DNA of 64,000 nt from a virus. The notes beneath the pieces are model-generated. The model was not told the origin of the DNA and made no database searches. It worked only from the letters and a program-made list of their open reading frames with translations. Both the position numbers and the translations under genes were made by a program. Within the stretch, counting starts at the first letter, position 1; every line of letters begins with the position of its first letter. The stretch covers positions 3,705 through 67,704 of IMG/VR virus record IMGVR_UViG_3300047510_002062. The stretch is one strand, 5' to 3'. Positions 9,801 through 20,500 of the stretch are shown here, one piece after another.

Positions 9801-11455
9801 CTAATTGATTCACTATTTCCACCTCTTGTAGCATCAAATATTATTCTCTTCCAAATATCTTTAATATCATCTACACAGTCATCGAAAACATCTAAATTTA
9901 CACCAAATACCGTACTTATTCCTGCAAGATACTGCGGTCCAGAAGGAGCACCAACATTTATTTCCGCTTGAATAGTATCTGTAACGATAGTGATGTTGTC
10001 TTCAAATGTTTGTATTACATCATCACAATCCCCTGGAAGCGGTTCATATGATAAGTTTTGATATATTCCTCTATTACCAAATAAGTTACTATTTACAAAG
10101 GTTGTAGTGCCAAATCCAACTGCAGAAGCAGATGTTGACCAATCTTGATTGTTTATAATATGTGTTGCAATTCCTATTGCAAAATCCAGAGCATCTACAG
10201 TTGCCTGTGCTACACTGTTTCCATTTGGATCTGCGGCATTAATATGAAGAAGAACTCCAGTATCTTGATCGAAATAAGATTTTGCTGCTCCGATGCATCT
10301 TTTATTGCTAGCTGCTTTTAAATCGTTTGTAGCTGCTCTAAGGACATCTTTAATATCGTCTTCACAATTTACTGGTGCTATTGGATTTCCATTATCATCT
10401 ACAATTACAAATGCTGCACTATTTGACCCAAGATATCCAATAGATCCGTTGCCAACATTTCTTGCTGTCAAAAATCCTACAGTTTCTGCTGCAATGTAAT
10501 CAATATTTTCATTTATTTTTTTAGCAGCATCTTGTTCCAGGTGATTACCAGCAAATCCACTATATCCACTATGTAACCATTCGACAGATTCTCTTGCAAT
10601 AAAATCAAGATTGAATCTAATCATTCTAGCGGCATCAAAATAACGATCTTCTTTTGTGCCAAGAAGTTTTTCAAGTGCAACCATTGCTGCACCATCTCTT
10701 GAATCTGGTCCTATAAAACTTAAGTCTGTAACATGACAACCATTGTTCACATAAAACATATCCTTTTCAGGAAATTTTGGTGTAACAACAATATTTCTCA
10801 GTTCTGTACCTTCTACAGATACCAATTCATTAAGAATAATTGGGTTTTCTTCTACATAAACACCTGGATATATTTTGATAGTATCTCTTGTTAATGCTAC
10901 AGATGCTGCTGCTTTAATTGTTCTTTTTGCATCTGCTTCACTAAGTCCACTATTAGAATCATCTCCATTCTGAGTTACAAATACTGTTTTTCCGACTGGA
11001 GCAAAGGAACTAATTTCAACAATACCTTTTCCTGGTTGTTCAGTTGCTGTAATTTCAATACCTGTTCCTGCAACTATTTGAGTTACAATTCCAGACAGGG
11101 GGGATCCATCACCAGAAATCTCACCAAAAGAAAGTCTTCCTAATACATCTGCATCTGCATTTACATCAAGAAACCCATTAACTGTTGCAGTATTATTAAT
11201 TAATAAGTTATTTGCTTCTAAATTATTAAAATCTGCAAGACCACTTACGTTTAAATTCCCAGTATTTGTGGTAGCAACATTTATGGTGCCTACCGATAAC
11301 TGAGGATTTATAATAGCATTACCGATTACATGAAGTTCTGCTTCAGGTTGAGTTATACCAATACCGACTCTTTGAGTGTCAGTATCAGCATAAAGTAAAT
11401 CGGTACTTACCTCAAGACCATTTCTAACAACGAAATTCTTATTTACTGAGGCCAT
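6887..11455 (-). CDS. Large tail fibre/virion structural protein, 1522 aa, with split beta-helix and internal repeats
   Basis: MASVNKNFVVRNGLEV start; VFVTQNGDDSNSG; GPYIRNCTNF; SSHSFEWVGSG; YTSTDQAGNFKIG; repeats ending PHTY..GG. Confidence 0.85.
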   Translation of the reverse strand: MASVNKNFVVRNGLEVSTDLLYADTDTQRVGIGITQPEAELHVIGNAIINPQLSVGTINVATTNTGNLNVSGLADFNNLEANNLLINNTATVNGFLDVNADADVLGRLSFGEISGDGSPLSGIVTQIVAGTGIEITATEQPGKGIVEISSFAPVGKTVFVTQNGDDSNSGLSEADAKRTIKAAASVALTRDTIKIYPGVYVEENPIILNELVSVEGTELRNIVVTPKFPEKDMFYVNNGCHVTDLSFIGPDSRDGAAMVALEKLLGTKEDRYFDAARMIRFNLDFIARESVEWLHSGYSGFAGNHLEQDAAKKINENIDYIAAETVGFLTARNVGNGSIGYLGSNSAAFVIVDDNGNPIAPVNCEDDIKDVLRAATNDLKAASNKRCIGAAKSYFDQDTGVLLHINAADPNGNSVAQATVDALDFAIGIATHIINNQDWSTSASAVGFGTTTFVNSNLFGNRGIYQNLSYEPLPGDCDDVIQTFEDNITIVTDTIQAEINVGAPSGPQYLAGISTVFGVNLDVFDDCVDDIKDIWKRIIFDATRGGNSESIRAGKAYFNITGLGVEATAFDLIPEILKNPGEVEQTIATLDHSWEIARSVVNNNCYGDLDARAAGIGVTQSRYKVLDATYDNHCGIVTVFIGDMNTEAPVSVETADIRPGDPIYFKDLVFGCDSGGGFSTAIFPDEVNQTNGVSGVYYGNTFCVFQLPQDDAFFSANPNTFEVLVGPSTIAHYHSGDVINFTDPNGPPSNYASGMIERKAIFNHTNSQVKDIAIQKDPSLGCDSFYPQGLNESIAGCKNVISSLRSLVGVVTTILNDGISNGITTSFPGNRGQGIPFSNVKNVTGATYDNILGRAIITVPGLNARKGDRIEIKDLIFSCNSGGPTIEQVFPSGTYGYRFYVDGVNGDDYTLNVGVSSLPHTYERGGYVIDRTFNVLDAPYTASTGIVTITAPGASIARGDIVTIRDLLYSCSTGGQAVFPNQAVQTEFNGKYYGEDFTVIDVITDRLYNATNCQYTHTTGVTTITVADPNFTVAVDDLVEIRDFEFECSSGAQTTPIYPTGKFGFVFKVYEVSGNTFTINTGVGPFPHTYVSGGTVRNVTYNDGGVITKSPKSDTFTLQVGVSTIGHTYIGPSGYIIPPYSPGVGPITQGPYIRNCTNFVGKSTGMRVDGFDAEPGFKDDIGVTGTMSVDSYTQYNQGGIGVSITNGAYSQLVSIFTICDDIAIYTGEGGQCDLTNSNSSFGRLGLVSKGVGDEKTKSIYHLTGFVAENAEVEQDTVVIAGVGTYRPYDGIAIYFGELFKRVDRLEVTNGGSGYSALVPPNVIVDEPPEDSRGIRAEGSVNVDPVTGKITSIDVISDGSQYRGVPVVTIDPPPPGGTQATAQAIMAPIYYYLESASLPWNNGITGISTVVLSENLNIELERDTPVYISRVSLQITSSHSFEWVGSGNDINKAKPALGGVVIQENEVVQEDGGIVVYTSTDQAGNFKIGDDLTINQVTGTITGRAFSQSLLQTVTPLIIALGR

Positions 11456-11490
11456 GGGTTTCCCTATCCACCCTACTCTAGTTCTTTACT

Positions 11491-11498
11491 TATTTATA
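11491..11498 (-). promoter_or_regulatory. T4-type late promoter TATAAATA
   Basis: Exact consensus about 35 nt upstream of the ATG at 11455. Confidence 0.8.
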
Positions 11499-11502
11499 AA
11501 TG

Positions 11503-14500
11503 TTAAGAACTTAGCTGTCCTGCAATGAATGAAGATATTGCTTTTGCTAAAGCAACTCTGTTGTCAATTCTTGGAGATCCTCCTGGTTTTATTGTGTAAG
11601 CAGTACCGTCTACAGCAAGAATAAATCTTGTTGCTACAACATCACTATCACCACCTGGTTCAGGATTTTCATCATTCACTCCTCTATTACCATAAACAAT
11701 TGGATAATTTAAATTAGACCAAGTTCCCAATCCAGATTCCCAAGACCCATTGAGATTAGAAGTTGTCCAAATTGTTGTTGCTCCCTGATCCACTCGCATT
11801 CCCTGACAATTTTCCATAAACAATTCCCAATATGTTTTTCCATTGGGACTAATTGTACCCATAGTAATTGGATTGCCAAAGTCATCCAATAATGGAATAG
11901 CTCTTGTTCCCGTTCCAGCTTCAAATTCAGTTATAGTTGCTTGAGATACTACAAACCCACCTGGAAGAGTTTCTGCTATACCCTTTCCACCAACATCAAT
12001 AGTATTTGGTCCAACTATAAAAGAAGTTCCCGCAAGGCCTGGATTTGTGTTTGGTGATATTAAAGTATTTCTATCGAAGATTTTAGTATTTTCAATATAA
12101 ATTCTTTCCCCTGGAACAAAAGAATGAATACCATTTGTTCTAATTAAAATTGGTTCTTCTGCTCTTACTATAAGAAAATCAACAATATCTGATAAATTAT
12201 CATTTAAAGTGGCATTTTTATTTGACGTCTGTATAACTAACTGATCGTGCCCATCTCCAAAGCAGAATGAATACCAAAGACCGTTATCTGGATTTCTGTA
12301 TCCAGATCCTCCAGTGCCTGGAATTGTTGCTCCGTTCCCCGATATTGGACCATTATAAGTAGCATCTCCAGGTATCTCTATTACTTCTGAAAATGTTTGA
12401 TTTCTTCCTGCAGCAACTTCAAAATCTGTTCCTGCATTTGCATTACTATATACACCCAACACTGTAAATCCATAACCGACTATCGTATAATCCGTATAAG
12501 GTTCTTTTCTTAATCCGGGAAATTTAACACCAGAATAACCAGGTTCAATGCGACTTAAGATATAAACTGTATCACCAGTTTTAATACCTTGTAAGGGTTG
12601 TTCATCATCAGTTTCATCCGATCTTAAAGTTATTGTAGCAATTCCACTATTGCCATTTGTATCATAAATTATATTAGATTCTCCACCATTATCTGTTGTA
12701 GCGTCAGCACCTCTAGTTCCATACGCAAATATTTCAAATATTTCCGCTTTCTTATCAATATCTCCATATTGAAATACTCTACTGGATTTTACTACTCCAC
12801 CTCTGTTTGCCTTCGCAAGAGTAAGCATATCATGAGTTTGCTTAAGTTCTCCTTGACCAGGAGGAGGAGAAGTAAATTTAAGTGTTCCATTCAATCTCCA
12901 AGTTTCTTCAAGTCCTATTGGTTTTGATACTTCTTGTCCAGGAATTGAAGGACTTTGGTATATTGTTGTTATTCCTGAATTTTTTAATCCAGATCCGTCA
13001 GAAGAAATACCAACGTAAGTAAATCCAGTTCCAACGATTGCTCCATTAACACCTACCGATTCGATTGTAATAATTAAATCATTATCTGGAGATTTTCCTC
13101 CCAATTGACTGCCTTGAATTAAGATACTCTCGTTTGGTTGATAGAATTGTCCTCCAGTTGCAAGAGTCACTTGACTATATGTTGTAAAACCTAGCGTAGA
13201 ACTATATTCACCTCTTCTAATAACGTTAAATGCTGCTCCAGATCCGTCTCCAATTGCTTGTTGAAGCGCAAAAGTTCTTGGATCATAATCTAATGCTGAG
13301 TCTGGATCATTTGAGCCTACAGTTCCAGGTGTAGTTAATTCTAATGAATTAATTGCACCACCAGTTTGTGTGGAACTTACTCTTACGACTAAATTATTAT
13401 CTGGACTTATTCCATTAAATGTAGTTCCAGAAACTACAAATTGTTCGTTTTCTCTAAAATTAGCTCCTCTAGATGTATATGCCTGTATAACATATTGTTC
13501 TGCACTTCTTCTTACGGTAATACCAGCATTTCTAGTTACAGATCGTGTAAATGTTCCGGTTTGAGGAGTAAAGTTATAATTTCTAGTTCCATCCCCATCA
13601 GTTAATGGTGAAGGATATGGGGTACTTAATCTAACTTCACTGGGACTTAATACTTCGGAAACTGTTCTCGATCCATTGAAATTTGTAGTACCGGAAATTG
13701 TTAAGGTATCGCCAACCAATAAAGCATGATTTTGATTGAAAAGACTTCCACTTACTGTAAGTCTTGGTCCAACACCGATCTTAACATAATATCCATCAAC
13801 ATCAGTTACTGTATAATCGGAATTTATGCCAGCAGCAAGTGCTGTAGTTGTATTTAATGGAGAAGATCGAACTGCAAATCTTTCTGAATCTATTATTTCA
13901 GAAACAAAATAGTCTCCACCATAACTTGCTTGAAGTGAATTATTATTAGTATTAATGAATACCGCAGTCACTCCAACATCAGATTGAGTAAAACCATGAG
14001 AAGATGTTCTAACAACTCTATCGGAATTGGCAAGTCCTACTCTGAAATTAACGTCCGAAGGTACAAATATGTTATTTGAAGGGTTTCGCGCATTGATTAA
14101 TTGTAAAGAATATGTAGAACCAGTTGTTAGTAATTTAGCATCATAAAAACCAGATTGGAATTGAGTTGTAGAAATTACATCAAGAGGAACATTATTTCCA
14201 ATTTGGAACTTTGTATTATTTAAACCAAGTTTTTCTGCTTCAACGTTATTAAATCTGATTATTGGATCAACATTTCTCAATCCTCCAGTATAACCAAATC
14301 CAGAATTATTGAATACTGTAGAATAATTAGCAGGGTTTGTAGCATTTGTCAATCCCAATAATACTGGATTTACTCCATTGTTTCTATAAACTTTAATGGT
14401 AACATCTTGTGGACTGAATGGTTGATTAGATCCAACAATTCTCAATTCAGATCCATCAACAATGCCAGTTGGTAAAGAAGTTTGACTTAATGTTGCAATC

Positions 14501-17500
14501 GCTGGATATCCAGGATATCCAAGAACTCCAGAAGTACTTATTTGAGTGTAATCTTTAGTCTCATCACTCACGGGTCCGTTTGAAAGTTCGACTATATTTG
14601 CACTGAGAACACTAACAGTATATGTACCATTAAAATTCGCTGGTGAACTACTTTGAACTGTGATACTTTGCCCATTTACAAGATTATGTGAATTAGCACG
14701 AACTCTTAATTTGGAATTATTAAGTCCAACAATTCCCCCAGATCCTTGATTGTATCCATCAAATGTAGATGGTTCAGTTGGAATTATTCCAAATCTATAT
14801 GGAGATGTATTTGTTGCCCAAGTAACTGTATATGTACCATTATAATTAGAATTTGTAGCATTTTGAATTTTTACACTGTCTCCAACTCTTATTGCCGAGG
14901 TAATTGTTGATTCATTTATTCCCACTTGATCCTTATCATAAGTTACTGTCACGCCTTGATTTCTCAATGCAATATAAATTGGATCTCCACTATTTAAAAT
15001 TGCTTGAGTGAAATCTGTACCAACTCCAGAGTTATTGTTTAATCTAAATCTATTATTGTCGATTTTTGTGATAACATATGATCCATTAAAGAATGAATTT
15101 CCTTCAATTTTTACCGTTTGTGCAGTTTGGAACGGATGATTTATTGATGTAACTGTTGCTGGATAGTTTAAAAGACCTGCAACTCCTCCAGTTGCATTTG
15201 CATCATTAAAATCATTAACAAAAACATTTAATGTTGTGCCATTCAGATAAAAACTTGTTGAGTTGATGACAGTTACTACAAATGGATTACCAAAAGTATC
15301 ATAGTTGAATATTCCAACATTTCCTACAGAACCTTGGATTTTAACTTGATCATTAGTAACAAACGGATGAGATCCATTTGTTGTTACTATAGCATCTCTT
15401 ATTAAACCGCTTATTCCACCAGAACCAACCAATCCAAAATTTGTGGAATTGACGGAAACATCATTTCCAGCAAATATGTATGGGTCAGAATTATTAATTA
15501 TTTCACTAACTACTGTAATAGTATCTGAAGTAAAATTGCCACCAAATTGAGTTTGAATATTTTGGATTCCTATTTGATCTCCAACTTGATAAACAATTGG
15601 ATTTTGAAGTCTTACTAGTAATCTAGAACCAATTAATCCAACAGTTCCTCCTATTCCTGGATTTGTATAGTCTGATCCAGTATCTATAGGATTTGCCCCA
15701 GAAGTTAATAGCAGTAATTGATTAGAAGAAATAATGCGAGCACTTTGAATTGTTCCTTCTAAATTGGATTTTGTTGAATTTAATCCTTGTAATTTAACAG
15801 AAATTGTTTGACCAACATTTCCAAATAGAGGTGATCTAAACAAATTACCAAAGGCATTATTTGTAAAATTAATAAATGGCAATAAATTTCTAACTCCAAG
15901 ATTTCCGGTCTCTCCCGATGAGAAGTTTGTTGAAGTAGTTGAATTATAAGCACTAGTTAAAGTTAATGTATTTCCACTTATAGATCCAACAGTATACGAT
16001 AAACCATTAAAGTTTGTTGTTCCATATACATCAAATTGTGATCCAGGACTAAATGTAAATCCAGAAGGTGTAATAGTACCATGAGTAACAAGTAAGGGAG
16101 ATCCAACTCTTCCAGAAATAGTTGATGCATTAACATTCAAAGAACTAGAATATTGAATTGGATTTGCCGTAGATTGATTTCTGAAACTTTCAGATCCAAG
16201 AAGAATTCTTGTGCTATCTAAAATTACAGCATTTGTATAAACTTGATTAAAAAACGTTCCTGGAGAATTTTGTATTTTTAATTGAATAGTAGAATTTGGA
16301 GATCCAAAAACACTAGTATTGGTTACAGTTGCAATTCCAGAACTAGTGTGAATTCCTATTTTACCAGATGTTCCAGGTGTTACAAGTTGTGTTGGTGTTT
16401 GATTTTCCTTCAAAGTAAAAGCATATGGTTCTGTAATAGCAGATTTAATCCCGACAATTACGTATCCATCATTATAAATTGAAGAATTTCCTGTAATACC
16501 AAACGCAGTAATCCCCATTCCAACTTCAAGAGGATATGCTGTTATTGAAGCAGATGCAATACCACTTAAATTTAGTTTATTTCCAGAATTTGTAATTAAG
16601 TCTGCTGCTGTAGGTACAATATTAGTTACAGAATTTGCAAGTCTAAAGGTATTAATTCCTGCCTGTGCTACTCTCCAAGTTCCGTTGTAAACACTATTTT
16701 CATTTCCACTTATCGAAACCAATTCTCCATTATTAAATCCATGAGAAGGTGCATCAACAATTGGAATAAATCTTTCAATAATATAATAACCGCTGTTAAA
16801 TCCAAAAGGAACATTACTTCCTTGACGTGCAAAATTAAAACTAAATCTATCAATACCACCTCTTACATCCGTGACAGTTAATCCATATCCAGTATTAGTA
16901 TAGTCAAATACTGTTCCCGTTTCAAAGATATATACAACATCTCCATTAATTAAATAATCTGTTAAGGAAATATCGTCAGAACCAGGTTGCAAAATACGAA
17001 CTTCATAACTAGCAATTATTCCATTAATATTATTTTCAGCAAAAGTATTTGTGTAATCAAGTAAATATGGATTTTTAACTGTACCTGCATTTAAATTATA
17101 TGCAATACTTGTAATTCCAACGGATTTAATTGTGGCAGGAATTACTAATTCCAACTCTGCTTGATCATATCCAACCGTTGATCCTGCGCCAATAGAGGTA
17201 TTGGTGTAAAACCCTACAGAAGATGTATCATTCACATAGAAAGAAACATTTGGAACTAATTCTGCACCAACTGTCAAAACTGTAGATCCCCATGCAGAAT
17301 ATGATGGATTATTAATTCCTCTAATAATAATTTGATCCCCTTCACTAAAAGTGTGATTTCCAGATGTTTGAAGAACTGCCGTTCCTATAGCAACATTTGA
17401 TGGACCATCAACAACCGGACCGTTATCTGTAACGATTAAAGATCCGCTTACAAATGATAGTGCTCCTGGAGGAGGACTATCTCCTACTGGAATTGTAAAT

Positions 17501-20500
17501 TGTATTACTCCAGGAGAAGGTTGACTTATACTTATTACTGTATATGATCCATTAATGAAAGAATAAGCAGAATCAACACCAGTAATTAATATGTCAAAAG
17601 GAGTAGTAACCTGATTATTTGCAAATACTCCATTGGTATCATTTATAGTAATGGTTGTATTAGTACTACCAATATCAAGTCCTGATATTGCAAATTGATC
17701 TGGATATGCAATAGAACTGATTTGGAAAGCAGTATAACCAATACTTACAATATTGGGAGATGTATATCCAATTGAGGTTACAGAAGAAGAGGAATAACCA
17801 ATACTTGTAATAGTTGCCCCAGTATATGCGACACCAGTTATAGATCCGTGAGTATAAGCAGCACCAACAATTGGATTTGTAGTGTATGAAATGCCGACAA
17901 TTTGAGCGGAAGAATATGCAATGCCAACTGTATTTGACTCATCAATAGCAGTATATGCAATTCCTGCAATTGAATAAGAACTATATGCTATTCCTGTAAT
18001 TGATGTGTTTGTATAACCAATTGAAGTAATGCTTACATGAGTATAAGCAATTCCAGAAGAAGTTCCATTCCTATAAGATATACTAGATATGGGTGTATTA
18101 TCATATCTTATATTAATTGGTCTGGGACTGAAAGTAGTTAGATTTACAGGATAATCAATATAATTTGTTGGTGTTCCAGTATTAGAATTTAGGGAGGAAT
18201 TCACAATAGATCCATTTGCATCTACTGAGGTTATATTAATTACTAGATCATTATTTGAACTTCCTGGTGTTCCGTCAACACCATCCAATTGACCTCCTTT
18301 AACTCTTACGATATCTCCATCGTTATATCCACTTCCAGCATTAGTAACAGTGTATGTGTATGAACCAGTTCCTTTTTGAACACTAATTGATCCTGCGGTA
18401 ACACCACCATATTGATAATTTATTCCTTGCCTATTTGAATAAACATCCTCAACAAGAGAATCAATTCTGAATACAACTGATCCAGAAACAGTATCTTCTC
18501 CAACTAAAGATGCGTCGATATTAATTATATCTCCAATTCTATATCCAGTACCTTCAAATCCTGGAACTACACTTATTGTATATCTATCATTTAATTTACC
18601 AATTGAAAAACTTGCTCCAGTTGATACTGTGTTTGTAGTTGGATTTCCAAATGAATCTAATCTACTTTGATTTGGAAATTGAGTAACTAAAGGATTATCA
18701 TCATCATGAACACCGTAATTTTCAATTTTGAAATGGGAAGCAAATCTCCAATTACCTCCCGCAAAAGTTCCAGGATCTGATGAAAGTTGTATTTCAGAAA
18801 ATTCATGCTTATTTAATTTAACATATTTGTATGAAGCTGGACTTATGCTGTTTACAAATACTGCATCGTAAGTTTCTCCATTAACTTCATCTGAATCATA
18901 ATTTGATATACCAATAACTCTAATATTTCTATATACAAGTTCTTCTTGAAGTGTTCTTGTGACATTTGTTACTGGTGGTGGGAAAAATGGGGATCCTTCC
19001 TCCCAAACTTTAGTACCACCAAAGAAAAATCCATCTCCAGATAATTGCCAAGTATCAGGTGTAACCTCTGTACGACGGAATAAAAGTCTTAATGAACTTG
19101 GATTCTCCGATCCAGATCCGGTAGTAGCAAACTCAAGATCTCCATCAGCTGGGAATGTAGGGTCTCCACCACCAATTTGTGGATTTCCCATAATAATTCT
19201 AAATGGATAAAATCTACCTGCTGTAAGTTGAACATTTGCTGTACTTTCTGCAGTATAAACTGCTGTCCTCTGAGATTTGTTGCTATTGTTATCTGATTCT
19301 CTAATAGCATATCTAAGAGAAGAACTGGATGGACATAATATATTTGCTGTGGTATCTCTCCAGTTGTTGTATACATTATCAACACTAGTTTGATTTATTT
19401 GTCCTGTGAGTGGATCATCTGAAGCAATCCATAAAAAACTAGCTCCAATACTTTGTAATCTAAATCTATAAGTTCCACTAACTAAAGGTTGAAAATATCC
19501 AAGAGCCATCGCACTATAGTCTTGAATATCCGATCTAAATCTATCAATAAATTGAACTGGTCCCCAAAATCCACCTTTTTCTGTATTTGTAATGTTTCTA
19601 AATCTATCAAATCTATTTGGGCTTTTAACAATACTTACATCTTTATATCCTGATCCAGATGGTCCAGTTGAACTTGGATTTGATGGGTTTGGTGGATTTG
19701 TATATCCAGCCAATCTAGTTGCCGGAGTAAAATATGTTCTATTGACTACTTCTGTTCCCCCCAAATTTGTAATTCCCAGTATTCCTTGAGTAGAATCTCC
19801 AAAATTACCACCCTGCTCAGTTCCATTAACATACCAGTTGCAACCTGGATCATCTCTAAGGTTACCCGTACTTTGAGTTCCTAAAGTTAATGGCACAGCA
19901 AGAGAATTAAAAAATTCTCTAAATTCCTCTGATGAAAATTCAGATCCAGATATTTGAACACCATTGGTAAATGATGCTCCTACGCCAGCAGCTCCGTTTT
20001 GATTAAGAGTACTTTCATAATATCCACGATACCTTCTAAAATAAAATCCAGGTTCATTAAATGTATATTTTGAAGTAGTATATCCAACAAAGTTTTTTGT
20101 ACTAACTGCAATTCCAACACCAGACGCATTTATCAATGATGGAGAAGTATTTTCCTGTTCATTTGATGCTGTTATAAAATATGTTGGAATATTTCTTCTT
20201 TGAATGCTATCTAAATATCTTCCTATTTTTGCATTACCAACTCTTCCTTCAGTTATATTTGTAGCAACTTGAGAAGAATCACTATAGTATAAAGAAAAAA
20301 TTGTTCCATGAACATCTTCTGAATATATTCCTGGAGAATTTGAATTTGTTTCTAAATCTACAACTCTATTATTGACACCAAATGATGCATTTGCTGTTCT
20401 ATAAAGTTGTTGAAATCTGGTTGGGGTAGTATTATTTGGAAGATATGTTCCCTCATCCACATCAATATAATTATTTGACCAGGTATTTTTGAATTTATAA

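Noticed and set aside
11456-11473. Short hairpin GGGT-GGATAGGGAA-ACCC abutting the ATG of the 1522-aa gene (similar stem at about 662-685)
   Set aside because: The stems are only 4-6 bp; a regulatory role cannot be supported without conservation data.
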